Positions 1 through 10,777 of a DNA stretch of 64,000 nt are shown here, one piece after another. A program made the translations under genes and the position numbers. How positions within the stretch are numbered: position 1 is the stretch's first letter; the number at the start of each line of letters is the position of its first letter. Under the pieces are notes generated by a model. The model worked only from the letters and a program-made list of their open reading frames with translations. It searched no databases and had not been told where the DNA came from. Source of the DNA: an uncultured Solirubrobacterales bacterium (GTDB lineage Bacteria; Actinomycetota; Thermoleophilia; Solirubrobacterales; Solirubrobacteraceae). The stretch spans positions 225,720 to 289,719 of the forward strand of contig CAVUSY010000009.1 of assembly GCA_963744195.1 (NCBI GenBank), written 5' to 3'.

Positions 1-1259
1 AGCAGCGGACCGAACACCTCCTCGGAGAGCACGGGCGAGTCTCCCGGAAGGTCGGTAACCACCGTCGCCGGGCAGAACCAGCCTTCACCGCCTGGGGCGG
101 ACGCGACGGCCACGACCCGCCCCTGGCGCGCGGCGATGTCGGCGTAGCGGTCGATCCGCTCCTGGGCGGCGCGCTCGATCACCGGCGGGACCTCGACCCC
201 GAGCGTTTCGGCCTGACCGACGACGAGCACCTTGACCGCGCCGGCGAGGCGCTCCAGCAGTGGCGGCGCGAGGGCCTCGTGGACGAGCACGCGGGAGGCG
301 GCGGAGCACTTCTGGCCGGCGTAGGCGAACGCTGAAGCCACGATCGCCGGCACCGCCTCGTCGAGATCGGCGTCGCCGTCGACGATCACGCAGTTCTTAC
401 CGCCCAGCTCGGCGATCACGCGCTTGAAGTGGCGCTGGCCGTCGGTGGTGTCCGCCGCGCAACGAACGATCTCGCGTCCGACCGGGAGCGACCCGGTGAA
501 GGCGATCGCCGCCACCTCGGGATGGCGCACCAGGGCCGCGCCGACCTCCCCCTCACCGGGCAGCAATCCCAGCGCGGCGGGCGGAACGCCGCCGGCCCGC
601 AACGCCTGCACCAGGCGGGAGGCGAGCCCCGGCGACTGCTCGGCCGGCTTGAGCACGACGGCGTTACCGGTCACCAGGGCCGCCGCCGTCATCCCACACG
701 GAATCGCGAGCGGGAAGTTCCACGGCGATATGACCGCCACGATCCCGCGGGGGGCATAGCTGAGGTCGTTGCGCTCACCCGGGACCTGCAGCAGCTCCGG
801 TCCGCGCTCGAGCTCCATGGCGGCTCGCGCGTAGTACTCCAGGAAGTCGATCGCCTCGCAGACGTCGGCGTCGGCCTCGATCCACGGCTTGGCGCACTCG
901 CGCACCTCCAGTGCAGCGAGCTCGAGCCGCCGCTCCCGCATCCACGCGGCCGCGGCGATCAACGCCTCGGCGCGCCGCGAGACCGAGACGGCACTCCAGG
1001 CTCGAAACCCGCGTCCTGCCGTCTCGATCGCGGCCTGGATCTCCGCCTCGCTGGCGGCCGCGGCCCGGGCCACCACCCGGCTCGGCTGTCCGGGGTCCGT
1101 GGAGGTCAGCTCCGCGCCCGGACGCGAGTCTTCGCCGACCTGGACGCGGACGTCGATCGGGAGCTCGCGGTCCACTCGCCCCAGCGCCTCGGCGAGCTGG
1201 GAGCGAACAGCGGAGCGACGGAGCTCGAGGACGGGCTCGTTGGCAAACGGTGCGGGCAT
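1..1259 (-). CDS. Delta-1-pyrroline-5-carboxylate dehydrogenase (aldehyde dehydrogenase family), runs off the window start
   Basis: Translated by hand from ATG 1259 (not in the ORF track): MPAPFANEP...EAIDFLEYY...ISPWNFP...KPAEQ...FTGS...ELGGKN...AGQKCSA...EEVFGP. Lies directly downstream of proline dehydrogenase. Confidence 0.9.
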   Translation of the reverse strand, partial: MPAPFANEPVLELRRSAVRSQLAEALGRVDRELPIDVRVQVGEDSRPGAELTSTDPGQPSRVVARAAAASEAEIQAAIETAGRGFRAWSAVSVSRRAEALIAAAAWMRERRLELAALEVRECAKPWIEADADVCEAIDFLEYYARAAMELERGPELLQVPGERNDLSYAPRGIVAVISPWNFPLAIPCGMTAAALVTGNAVVLKPAEQSPGLASRLVQALRAGGVPPAALGLLPGEGEVGAALVRHPEVAAIAFTGSLPVGREIVRCAADTTDGQRHFKRVIAELGGKNCVIVDGDADLDEAVPAIVASAFAYAGQKCSAASRVLVHEALAPPLLERLAGAVKVLVVGQAETLGVEVPPVIERAAQERIDRYADIAARQGRVVAVASAPGGEGWFCPATVVTDLPGDSPVLSEEVFGPL

Positions 1260-1315
1260 GTGGTGTCGCAGACGTTAACGCGCCGCGCCGCAAGCTTCCC
1301 GGTCTGACCGAAGCC

Positions 1316-2663
1316 TCACGGCGCCGCCAGCAGTTGCTCCACCGGGGTGCCGCGCGCCTGCTCTGAGAGAAACGACTCGTTGCTGGTGTTCTCGAGCAGC
1401 CGGCGGACCAGGTAGGCCATCCCGGCGACCAGATCGCCGACCGGGCAGTAGGCGCGCACACGGTAGCCGCGCGTGGCCAGCGCGTGCTGGAGCTCATCCC
1501 CGAGTCCGCGCAGGACCTGGATCTCGAGGTCGCGGTCCTCGCCGCCCGCAACTCGGTTGACGGCGATGGCGTGGGCCACGGAGCGGAGGTTGTGCGAGGC
1601 GATCGCCACGCGGACCGCCGGACGCGCGGCCAGGAGCCCGCGGGTCAGCGCCTCGAAGTTGCGATCGCAGTCGCGCTTGTCCTCGAACACCGGCACCGGC
1701 CACCCATGCTGGCGGGCCTGCACGAGCTCGTGGTCCCAGTAGGCGCCCTTGACCAGACGTACGGTCAGCGGCGGGCGGCGCCGGGTGGCGCGGGCCCACG
1801 ACACGATCCGCGTCAGCTGCTCGGGCGAATCACGCAGGTAGGCCTGCAGCACCAGTCCCGCCGATGGACCCTGACGAAACTCCTCCTCGTCGAGCAGCTC
1901 GAGCACCAGGTCGAGCACCGCCTCGCGCGAGTCCAGTGACTCCATGTCGATGTGCAGGTGGGCGCCGTACTCCTGGGCGCGGCGCAGCAGCGGGCGCAGA
2001 CGATCCGGCCGCGTCTCGCCGGCCCAGCTCCGGAGCGTCCGGACGCAGCATCGGCGTCAGCGCCGACACCTTGACGCAGACGTTGGCACGGGGGAGGGGA
2101 CCGACCCCGTCGACCTCGAGCCGCTGGCGCGGAGGCCACCCGCGCGTGGCCGGCGCCAGCTGCTCGATCGCCTCCGCGCAGCGGGCGGCGTAGCGATCGG
2201 CCTCACGCGCGGTCACCGTCGCCTCTCCGAGCAGGTCGATCGAGCTGGCAACGTCGTGGTCCCACAGCTGGCGCAGCGTCCCCAGGGCCGCGTCGGGGGT
2301 CTCGCCGACGATGAAGCGGTGGGCGAGATGCCTCACCCCACCCGCCGCCGCGGCGCCCAGCGCCGCCCTCCCGGCTCGGGTGTGCGAGATGCGCATGGCC
2401 GCGGAGATGGGCGGCGGGGTGTCGGGCAGCTCGGCCAGGAAGCCGGTCAGATGACGCGCCAGATCGTCCAGCGAGCGGCATGCCGGGACCACATCGACGA
2501 AGCGAAACAGGGCGGCACGGAGCTCACGATCGCCCGAGGCCATGTCCATCGCCCGAGCGTCCAGAGCGCGGATGGGATGGCGACTGCTGGAGGGAAACGA
2601 AGCCGCCAACTCGCTGCCGACCCGCTGCAGCTCCTGCTCGATCAGCGCATCGGAGCCGTCCAT
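1316..2663 (-). CDS. Proline dehydrogenase (PutA-type PRODH domain), one frameshift near 2005
   Basis: ORFs 1830..2744 and 1316..1945 join: LFRFVDV, IDLLGE, VKVSAL, HIDMES, RLVKGAYWD, ASHNLRS, YLVRRLLENTSNESF. ATG 2663 overlaps the upstream TGA. Confidence 0.88.
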
Positions 2664-3346
2664 CAGCCGAGAATGTTGACCGCTCGGGCGACCACCAGGC
2701 CGATCGTGACCAGCGCGGTCAGCGCCTGGAGGCTCATCAGCCATTTGGCGGTCGGGCTCAGCGGCATGGTGTCGGTGGGGCTGAAGGCGGTGGCATTGGT
2801 GAATGACGTGTACAGGTAATCGACCAGCCCCGGCGTCCAGTTCGGGGGAGCGTATTGGGGCACCGTCATCTGTACGAACAGGAAGTCGGGCAGGACGTCA
2901 GGTCGCTCCGCGCGGGAGACCGGACCGCCGCGATCCAGCTCCCAGTACCACAGCGCGAACAGCAGCACGTTGGTGACCCACAGCACGATCCCGGAACCGA
3001 TCAGCTCGCGCCCGCTGGCCTTGCCGCCGCGCAGCAGGAAATGGCAGAGCAGGACCAGGGAGATGCTGTTGACCAGGCTGACCAGGCCGATCAGGCCGAT
3101 GGCGATTCGCCGGCGCGCCGGGGAATGGCGCATCCGGGGGTGCGGTGAGGCAGCCAGCAACGCGACCAGAGCCAGAGCCTCGAGGCTGGGCAGCAGCCAG
3201 GTCGGTCCGATCGTCAGCTTCTTGGGCAAGGCGAAGTCCAGCACGATCGCCCCGGCCGCCAGCAGCTGTGGGCCCCAGAATGGATCGTGTTTGGCCAGAC
3301 GCTCGCGTTCCCGTTCGCTGCCGGGGGGAATCGGAGCATCGCTCAT
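2663..3346 (-). CDS. DUF1345-like integral membrane protein
   Basis: Several TM segments plus LWYWELDRGGP, DFLF.QM and DYLYTSFTNATAFSPTDTMPL motifs; start MSDAPIPP at 3346. Confidence 0.8.
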   Translation of the reverse strand: MSDAPIPPGSERERERLAKHDPFWGPQLLAAGAIVLDFALPKKLTIGPTWLLPSLEALALVALLAASPHPRMRHSPARRRIAIGLIGLVSLVNSISLVLLCHFLLRGGKASGRELIGSGIVLWVTNVLLFALWYWELDRGGPVSRAERPDVLPDFLFVQMTVPQYAPPNWTPGLVDYLYTSFTNATAFSPTDTMPLSPTAKWLMSLQALTALVTIGLVVARAVNILG

Positions 3347-3476
3347 GGTCTGGATGGTCGCAGGCCGTTTGAGCTGAGACCCGGCACGGTGGGCCTTTGG
3401 GCTCAGACCGACGGCCGCGGCGGGCCGTATCTCCCGCGGGGAGGATCTTGCCCGGCGCGGGCCGAAGATCACCGCT

Positions 3477-4199
3477 GTGCCCATCCACGTCGCCTCCCCG
3501 CCGATCCGCGTCACCGCCCTGATCGCTCTCGCTTCGCTCGCGCTCGCCTCCTGCGGAGGGTCGGGCGCGGCCACCGGCACGCGGGCCTCGGACACCGCCG
3601 TGACCAGCGGCTCACGCAGCGTGACGACCGTCACCCGGACCGCCACCGTCTCGAGCGCCACCGGCGCGGTCCCCTCGAACCCCACCAGCGCCACCACCGG
3701 CGCTCCGCCGTCCAACGGCGGTGTTCCGGTCAGCGGCGGCACCGGAACCTCGGCCGGAGGCGGCCCGCCGCCCTGCCGCGCGGCCGGGCTGTCGCTGTCG
3801 TCCCTCGGCCAGCAGGGGGCCACCGGCCATGGCGAGCTCGGCTTCGCGCTGCGAAACACCGGCAGCTCCAGCTGCAGCACGATCGGCTATCCCGGCATCC
3901 AGTTCCTCGATCGCTCGGGGGCCGCCCTTCCCACGGTACCCACCCACACCACGCACGACTTCTTCGGCTCCGCGCCGCTGCGCGGACTGGTGGTCGGCGC
4001 GGGCCAGACCGTGTCCTTCCGCCTCGGCGTGACCCACGGCATCGGCTCGGGCGCCGGCTGCACGACCGCCTACGGGCTGCAGGTCATACCTCCCAACGAC
4101 ACCGCCAGCCTGCGCGTGACGATCCCCGACGGGGGCGCCGCCGAATGCGGCACGGCCACGGTTTCGCCGCTTCGCCCGGGGGCCGGCGCCTACCCCTGA
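3477..4199 (+). CDS. Lipoprotein with a DUF4232-like C-terminal domain
   Basis: Lipobox LASC, Ser/Thr-rich linker, then C..AGLSL...GATGH...LRNTG...C...GYPG...LQVIPPND pattern. Confidence 0.75.
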   Translation: MPIHVASPPIRVTALIALASLALASCGGSGAATGTRASDTAVTSGSRSVTTVTRTATVSSATGAVPSNPTSATTGAPPSNGGVPVSGGTGTSAGGGPPPCRAAGLSLSSLGQQGATGHGELGFALRNTGSSSCSTIGYPGIQFLDRSGAALPTVPTHTTHDFFGSAPLRGLVVGAGQTVSFRLGVTHGIGSGAGCTTAYGLQVIPPNDTASLRVTIPDGGAAECGTATVSPLRPGAGAYP

Positions 4200-4247
4200 G
4201 CGCGTCGCCTCGGGTCTGGTGACGAGCTACCCTCGGCGCCGCTGGGG

Positions 4248-6512
4248 TCAGGGCCGGGCAGAGAGCCAGGCCGGTCCCTGCTCGAGCAAATGCGTGGCCT
4301 CGGCCGCGGGCATCGGAGGGGCGAAATGGAAGCCCTGCGCGAGATCGCACCCCATCCGGGACAGCTCGGCGACCTGGCGCGCGGTCTGCACCCCCTCGCC
4401 GACGACCTCCAGTGACAGGGCGTGCGACATCGCCACGATGGCCTCGGTGATCGCGGTGTCGCGCGGCTCGGTGCCGAGCCCGTCGATGAATGAGCGATCG
4501 ACCTTGAGCGCGTTCAACGGCAGCCGGGTCAGGTAGGCCAGCGAGGAGTAGCCGGTTCCGAAGTCGTCGAGCACGAGGCGGACCCCGAGCGACTTCAGGG
4601 CCGCGAGCGCCTCGGTCAGACCGTCGGCGTCCCGGAGCATCACGCTCTCGGTGATCTCGAGGCACAGACAGCCGGGATCGAGTCCGCTCACCCGTAGCGC
4701 CGAGGCCACGCCATCGGCGAGACCGCGGTTGGCGATCTGCACGGCAGACAGGTTCACCGACATCTGGATCGGCGCCACGTCGGGCCGCTCGTAGTACCAG
4801 CGAGCCGCCTGCCGGCAGGCGTGCTCGAGCACCCACCGTCCGATCGGCTCGATCAGCCCGTTCTCCTCGGCGACGGGGATGAACTCGCTCGGGGCGATCT
4901 GGCCCTGGGTTGGATGCTCCCAGCGCAGCAGGGCCTCGACACCGACGATGGAGAGGTCGCGGAGCGACACCACCGGTTGGTAGACAAGCGTCAGCTCATC
5001 GCGCTCCAGCGCGCGGCGCAGGTCATTTTCAACCCGCAGGCGGGAGATCGCCCGGCCCCGCATGGCCTCGTCAAACAGCTCGTAGCGAGCCCGTCCGCGC
5101 TCCTTGGCGCGGTACATGGCGGCGTCGGCGTCGCGAATCAGGTCCTCGGCGAACTCTCCGCCTTCGGCGAACGCGATGCCGATGCTGGTGGTGACGAAGT
5201 GCTCGTTGCCATCGAGCACGAACGGGCGTGTGAACACACTCGCGATCCGTTGCGCCATCTCGACCGCGTCGCGCTCGCCGGCGATCTCCTCGAGCAGGAT
5301 GCCGAATTCGTCGCCGCCGAAACGGGCGACGGTGTCGGTGGAACGCACCGCCTGCTTGAGCCGCGGCGCCGCGGCCGCCAGCAGCTCGTCTCCGATCTGG
5401 TGGCCGAGACTGTCGTTGACGAGCTTGAAGCGGTCGATGTCGAGGCACAGGATCGCGCCGAGCGATCGGCGGCGGCGCAACCGCGCGATCGCCTGCTGAA
5501 GGCGGTCGATGAACAGGATCCGGTTGGGCAGCCCCGTCAGCGGGTCGTGCAGCGCGCGGTGCCGGATGTCGTCGTCGGTCATCTGCCGCTCGAAGGCGTC
5601 ACCCAGCACGTTGGCCAGGGCCTGGACGAAGTCGACGTCGCCCGGCGTGAATTCTCGGACCGAGGTGCAGAACACGCCGAGCACGCCGAACGGCGCGCGG
5701 CGACCCTCGATCGCCACCGTCAGCCCGCTCCTCGCTCTGGCCACGGTCATCGCCGCAGAGCGGCTGAAGCGCCGGTCGCGCTGCCCATCGTTGACGATCA
5801 CGGCAGCGCCCGTGAGGATCGTGTAGCCCGCCTGGGACTGCTCGCCGGCCGGCATGACGGTGTCGGCCGCGGTGTCGGGCAGACCGCAGGACTCGCGGAC
5901 CACGAACGATCCGTTGCCGGGCATCAGCTCCAGCACGGCCCCCATCTCCAGCTCCAACAGCGCAGTGGCGGCGGCGGTGGCCTCCTGCATCAGCTCCGAG
6001 GTGCTCATCCCCTCCAGCGCGTGCTCGCCGAGCCTGGCTACGGCGGCCTGCTGAGCCGCGCGTCGCTCGAGCTCGGTCTCGGCCTGCTTCTGCTGGCTGA
6101 TGTCGGACATGACGCCGTGCCAGAGCCGGGTACCGTCTGAGCCGGTCAGCAGCAGAGCATCGTCGCGGACCCAGACGACGTGGCCGTCGCGATGAAACAG
6201 GCGGTACTCCGCTGCTCCCCAGGGCGCCTGGCCGGCCACGTCGGCCGCCTCGCTGGCCACGACCCGATCACGGTCTTCGGGATGCAGCCGGCTGAGCCAC
6301 CGGGCGGGGTCAGAGCACCATTCCTCCGGAGTGAACCCCAGGACCGCCTCGATCTGCGGACTCACGTACTGCCACTGAGCGACGGCGCCGGGCTCGGCCG
6401 TGTACAGGATCGCCGGAACCCGCTGGAGCAGTCCCAGGTAGTCCGTCGTAGGGGTGGGGCGCAGCTGGGCGAAGTCCGGGCGGCGAGACATATCCGTCCC
6501 ACCTATCGGCAT
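4248..6512 (-). CDS. PAS-GAF-GGDEF-EAL diguanylate cyclase/phosphodiesterase
   Basis: PAS_3 (LHPEDRDRV), GAF, HDPLTGLPNR, RxxD I-site (RSTD) with GGDEF, EAL, DDFGTGYSS, KVDRSF. Alternative start ATG 6491. Confidence 0.93.
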   Translation of the reverse strand: MPIGGTDMSRRPDFAQLRPTPTTDYLGLLQRVPAILYTAEPGAVAQWQYVSPQIEAVLGFTPEEWCSDPARWLSRLHPEDRDRVVASEAADVAGQAPWGAAEYRLFHRDGHVVWVRDDALLLTGSDGTRLWHGVMSDISQQKQAETELERRAAQQAAVARLGEHALEGMSTSELMQEATAAATALLELEMGAVLELMPGNGSFVVRESCGLPDTAADTVMPAGEQSQAGYTILTGAAVIVNDGQRDRRFSRSAAMTVARARSGLTVAIEGRRAPFGVLGVFCTSVREFTPGDVDFVQALANVLGDAFERQMTDDDIRHRALHDPLTGLPNRILFIDRLQQAIARLRRRRSLGAILCLDIDRFKLVNDSLGHQIGDELLAAAAPRLKQAVRSTDTVARFGGDEFGILLEEIAGERDAVEMAQRIASVFTRPFVLDGNEHFVTTSIGIAFAEGGEFAEDLIRDADAAMYRAKERGRARYELFDEAMRGRAISRLRVENDLRRALERDELTLVYQPVVSLRDLSIVGVEALLRWEHPTQGQIAPSEFIPVAEENGLIEPIGRWVLEHACRQAARWYYERPDVAPIQMSVNLSAVQIANRGLADGVASALRVSGLDPGCLCLEITESVMLRDADGLTEALAALKSLGVRLVLDDFGTGYSSLAYLTRLPLNALKVDRSFIDGLGTEPRDTAITEAIVAMSHALSLEVVGEGVQTARQVAELSRMGCDLAQGFHFAPPMPAAEATHLLEQGPAWLSARP

Positions 6513-6581
6513 CCGCCCCGTCGAGCCGGTCAGGGGATAGTCCCCGATCGGTGCGGCTTTCTACTGAATTTGCCGGGCCGC

Positions 6582-7615
6582 TCAGCCGGCGATCGCGGCA
6601 AACAGCGTGACCCGATCGTCCTGCTCCTCTCGCACCAGTCCGTCGGCGATCAGGAGATCGATGTGCCCCAGCACCTCCGAGATCGTCAAGAACGCCTGCG
6701 TAACCGCCACGTTGCCCCACATCCCGGTGGCGAGCTCGTAGGCCGACAGCGGCGCGGGCTCGAGCATCCTCAGCAGCTTCCGGGCGCGCCGCTCGTGCAG
6801 CCGGAGGCGCTCGTCGATCACGGCGCGATGATCAAGCACCGGGTCACCGTGGCCCGGTAGCACGAGCTCGGCCTCGAGCTCCCGGGTGGCCTGCATGGAG
6901 GCGATGTATCCCACCAGCGCGTGGGGGCGCTCCTGGACGCCGGACGGCCATCCAGCGGCCGGGAGATCAGCGGATTGGACGAGATGTGACCGAGGAGATG
7001 GTCTCCGGCGATCAGCGTCCGTCGCTCCCGATCCCAGAACACCATGTCCGAGGGGCTGTGCCCGGGCCGGTGCATCGCCTTCAGGGTGCGGTCTCGAAAC
7101 CGCAGCTCCTCGCCGTCGCGCAACGGGCGCGTGACCTCTCCGCTGGAACCGAAGGCGCGAAACGAGGCGCCGACCGCACCCAGCGCGGTCACCACCTCCG
7201 GCGGCACGCCGTGACGCAGCATGATCTGCATCGAGAATTCGTCATCGGCGGCGGCGCTGGCGCTGAAGTTCTGCAGGTACGGGCGGAGCTGATGAAAGGC
7301 GGCCACCTCGGCGCCGGAACGGCGCGCCAGGATCTCCAGCAGGCCGGTGTGATCGATGTGCTGATGGGTGAGGACGATCAGCTCCAGATCCTCGATCGAG
7401 TGCCCCAGCGACCCCAGGGCCCGCTCGAGCTCGTCCAGCGACTTGCCCGAGTTTGGGCCGGTGTCGATCAGTGTCAGCGGCTCGTCCTCGATCAGATAGC
7501 AGTTGACACGGCCGACCAGAAACGGCGTCGGCACGGAGATGCGGTGGATTGCGGCCTGGGCGGCGCCGTCGCTGGCGGGTCGGGGGCTGGGAACCGGCGG
7601 CTCGGGCCCGCTCAC
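6582..7615 (-). CDS. MBL-fold metallo-hydrolase with C-terminal winged helix, frameshift near 6940
   Basis: LIDTG, THQHIDH, PGHS, AGDH in 6818..7687; LPGHG and LTISEVLGHIDLL in 6582..6914. GTG 7615 overlaps the PMM stop (GTGA). Confidence 0.85.
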
Positions 7616-8994
7616 GAGCGGATCACGCTCAGAACCTCGTCGCGCCGGCGCTCCATGTCCTCCCGGGAGCGCAGCGACTCGAGGCACAGGCGCAGCAGCG
7701 GCTCGGTGTTGGAGGCGCGGACGTTGAAATGCCAGTCGTCGTAGTCGACCGAGATGCCGTCGAGCCGGCTCTGACGGCCGTCGCTGTAGCGCTCGGCGAG
7801 CGCCTCCATCTTGGCCTCCGGATCATCGACCTCGGAGTTGATCTCTCCCGAGATGAAGTAGCGCGAGCGGTAGGGCTCCAGCAGCTCGGACATCCGCGCG
7901 TCCTGCTTGGACAGCAGCTCCAGGATCAGCAGCGCCGGCAGCGTTCCGGAATCCGCGCAATAGAAGTCGCGGAAGTAGTAGTGACCCGACACCTCGCCGC
8001 CGAAGACCGCCCCCTCGGAGCGCATGCGAGTCTTGAAGAAGGCGTGGCCGACCCGGTTCACCAGCGCCGACCCGCCGGCTTCCCGCGCCGTGTCGGCCAC
8101 GGCGCGGCTGGCCCGCACGTCGTAGAGCACGGTCGGGGTGGGTGGGCCTGGATATTTGGCGATCATCGACTTGGTCAGCAGCGCGGTGAGGAAATCTCCG
8201 TCGACGAACGCACCCTGCTCATCGATGAAGAAGCAGCGGTCGGCGTCACCGTCCCAGGCGATGCCGAGGTCGGCGCCCCGCTTGACCACCTCGGACATGA
8301 TGAACTCGCGGTTCTCGGGCAGCATCGGGTTGGGCTCGTGATCGGGGAAGTTGCCGTCCGGCGTCCAGTAGGCGGTCTCCAGGTCCAGACCCAGGCGCTC
8401 CAGCAGCGGGCCGACCATGGGACCGGCCATCCCGTTGCCGCCGTCGACGACGACCCGCATCGGCTTGACCGTCGCGGCGTCGATGAATCCCAGTGCCGCG
8501 GACTGAAATTCGTCGTAGATCGACACCTCCTCCACCGATCCGCCGCCCGGGGCGTCGCCCAACCCCGCCTCAATCCGGTCCCGGACATCGCCGATCCCGG
8601 TGTCGCCGGAGAGGGCCAGGGCCCCACGTCCCACCAGCTTGGCGCCGGTGTAGGGCTTGGGATTGTGCGAGGCGGTGCACATCAGGCCGCCGTCCAGATC
8701 CCGTGAGCCAACCAGGAAGTAGAGCATCTCGGTCCCCACCTGGCCGGCGTCGAGCACCGTGGCGCCCTCGCTCGTCATGCCCTCGCGGTAGGCCTGCGCC
8801 AACTCGGGCGCGGTCAGGCGCATGTCGCGGCCGAGCCCCAGTCTGAGCTCGGAGGTCGGTTTGTCCTCCAGCCCGGCGATGACCCGGGTGAACGCGCGCC
8901 CGATCGCCAGCGCGGTTCCGGCGTCGATGTCGTCGCCGTACAGGCCGCGGATGTCGTAGGCCTTGAAGATGCCGGGATTCACACGGTCGCTCAT
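7612..8994 (-). CDS. Phosphomannomutase/phosphoglucomutase
   Basis: IFKAYDIRG, TASHNP, DGDADR, GEVSGH, RASNTEP. Confidence 0.95.
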   Translation of the reverse strand: MSDRVNPGIFKAYDIRGLYGDDIDAGTALAIGRAFTRVIAGLEDKPTSELRLGLGRDMRLTAPELAQAYREGMTSEGATVLDAGQVGTEMLYFLVGSRDLDGGLMCTASHNPKPYTGAKLVGRGALALSGDTGIGDVRDRIEAGLGDAPGGGSVEEVSIYDEFQSAALGFIDAATVKPMRVVVDGGNGMAGPMVGPLLERLGLDLETAYWTPDGNFPDHEPNPMLPENREFIMSEVVKRGADLGIAWDGDADRCFFIDEQGAFVDGDFLTALLTKSMIAKYPGPPTPTVLYDVRASRAVADTAREAGGSALVNRVGHAFFKTRMRSEGAVFGGEVSGHYYFRDFYCADSGTLPALLILELLSKQDARMSELLEPYRSRYFISGEINSEVDDPEAKMEALAERYSDGRQSRLDGISVDYDDWHFNVRASNTEPLLRLCLESLRSREDMERRRDEVLSVIRS

Positions 8995-9026
8995 GCTCAG
9001 CTGATGATGCCTGATAATCCCCCGCC

Positions 9027-9749
9027 GTGAGACCGAGCGTGTTGATCCTCTGCGGCGGCCGTGGCACCAGGCTGCAGGAGCGGACACAATCGATCCCCAA
9101 GCCCTTGGTGGAGATCGGCGGCCGTCCGATCCTCTGGCACGTGATCCAGATCTATCTGGCTCAGGGCTTTGACCGCTTCCTGCTGCTGACGGGCTATCTC
9201 GGTGACCAGGTGCAGCGGTTCGTCTCGCAGGAGGACTGGCCGAGCGGGGTCAAGGTCCGGTGCCTGCCCACCGGCGAGGACACGCCGACGGGCGGCCGGC
9301 TGCATCTCGCTGCCGGCGAGCTCGACGGCGGCGACTTCTGCCTGACCTATGCCGACGGGGTGGCCGACGTGGACCTCACGGCTCTGCTCGCCTATCACGC
9401 CGAGCACGGCGCCGCGGCCACGATGACTGTGGTCCGTCCCGAGCTGCAGTTCGGGGTCGCTGAGCTCGAGGATGACGGCGTCGTGCGCGGCTTCGTGGAG
9501 AAGCCGCGCAGCGAGCACTGGATCAACGGCGGCTTCTTCGTCTTCGGTCCGCAGGTCCTGGACGTGCTCGGAGCCGATAGCGTGCTCGAGCGCGAGCCGC
9601 TCCAGCGACTGGCCGCTAACGGGGACCTCCGCGCGTTTCGCCATGCCGGCTTCTGGCACTGCATGGACACCTACAAGGATGCGGTCGTGCTCAACGATCT
9701 GTGGAAATCGGACCCCACCCACCCGGCGCCATGGAAGCTGTGGAACTGA
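9027..9749 (+). CDS. rfbF: Glucose-1-phosphate cytidylyltransferase-like nucleotidyltransferase
   Basis: ILCGGRGTRL, PKPLVEIGGRPILWH, TYADG, GFWHCMDTYKD, APWKLW C-terminus. Confidence 0.8.
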   Translation: MRPSVLILCGGRGTRLQERTQSIPKPLVEIGGRPILWHVIQIYLAQGFDRFLLLTGYLGDQVQRFVSQEDWPSGVKVRCLPTGEDTPTGGRLHLAAGELDGGDFCLTYADGVADVDLTALLAYHAEHGAAATMTVVRPELQFGVAELEDDGVVRGFVEKPRSEHWINGGFFVFGPQVLDVLGADSVLEREPLQRLAANGDLRAFRHAGFWHCMDTYKDAVVLNDLWKSDPTHPAPWKLWN

Positions 9750-10717
9750 ACCGTCGCTCGGTGCTGGTCACCGGCGGCTACGGGCTGCTGGGAGCGTGGC
9801 TGATCAAGGCGCTGCTGGAACAGGGGGTCCGCGTGGTGGCGGTGCGCCGAGACGCGCCGACCCACTCGGCGCTGACCATGCTCGGGCTCGCCGATCGCGT
9901 CGACGTGGTCAACGGCGACATCTGCGACAACGGGCTGGTGGCCCGGGCCCTGAACGAGTACGACGTCGACAGCGTCTTTCATCTCGCCGCCCAGACCCTG
10001 GTGGGGACCGCCAACCGCGCGCCGGTGTCGACCTTTGAGACCAACATCCGCGGTACCTGGCAGGTACTGGAGGCTTGCCGCACACATGGCGTCGATGCGG
10101 TGATCGTGGCGTCCTCGGACAAGGCCTACGGGCGCCAGGCCGAGCTGCCCTACCGCGAGCACCAGCCGCTGGCGCCGCAGTACCCCTACGACGTTTCCAA
10201 GGCCGCCGCGGACCTGCTGGCGCGCTCCTACTGGCACACCTTCGAGCTCCCGGTGGCCGTCACCCGGTTCGCCAACCTCTACGGGGGCGGCGACATCAAC
10301 CGCTCGCGTCTGGTCCCCGAGGCGATCGGCGCCGCTCTGGCGGGGCGCGCTCCGGTGGTCCGCTCTGACGGCTCGCCCGAGCGGGACTTCCTCTACGTCG
10401 AGGACGCCGCCCGCGCCTACCTGTCGATCTGGGGTGCTCTGCTGGCGAGTCGGGGGCGCGGCGAGGCGTTCAACGCCGGTGGCGGCGAGCCCCACCGCGT
10501 GGGGGATGTGGTCGATCTGATCTGCCGGCTCACCGGCGGTGCGGTCGAGCCCGAGATCAGGGGACAGGGAGTCCCGCACGGGGAGATCGACCGCCAATGG
10601 GTCGATGCGAGCAAGCTGCGGGAGCTGACCGGCTGGGAGCCGACCGTCGCGCTGGAGGGCGGGTTGCGCCAAACCATCGACTGGTACCGCCGGCACCCCG
10701 AGGCGCTCGGCGGCTGA
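9731..10717 (+). CDS. NAD-dependent sugar dehydratase, CDP-glucose 4,6-dehydratase-like
   Basis: VTGGYGLLG, FHLAAQ, SSDKAY, YDVSK; overlaps the rfbF-like gene. Confidence 0.8.
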   Translation: MEAVELNRRSVLVTGGYGLLGAWLIKALLEQGVRVVAVRRDAPTHSALTMLGLADRVDVVNGDICDNGLVARALNEYDVDSVFHLAAQTLVGTANRAPVSTFETNIRGTWQVLEACRTHGVDAVIVASSDKAYGRQAELPYREHQPLAPQYPYDVSKAAADLLARSYWHTFELPVAVTRFANLYGGGDINRSRLVPEAIGAALAGRAPVVRSDGSPERDFLYVEDAARAYLSIWGALLASRGRGEAFNAGGGEPHRVGDVVDLICRLTGGAVEPEIRGQGVPHGEIDRQWVDASKLRELTGWEPTVALEGGLRQTIDWYRRHPEALGG

Positions 10718-10777
10718 GCTGTCCACCACCCGGGCGAGTCTGGCGCCGTGCCGGCAGCGCCTTCTAAACTGAAGGTC

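Noticed and set aside
3102-3129. Imperfect GCGATTC...GAATGGC palindrome in the DUF1345-like gene
   Set aside because: Two mismatches, no cGCCAg loop and no sign of an insertion; plausibly chance in GC-rich DNA.
6503-6535. Sigma-28-type promoter (GCCGATAG) before the GGDEF-EAL gene
   Set aside because: The -10-like element is present but there is no TAAA/TCAA -35 at the expected spacing.
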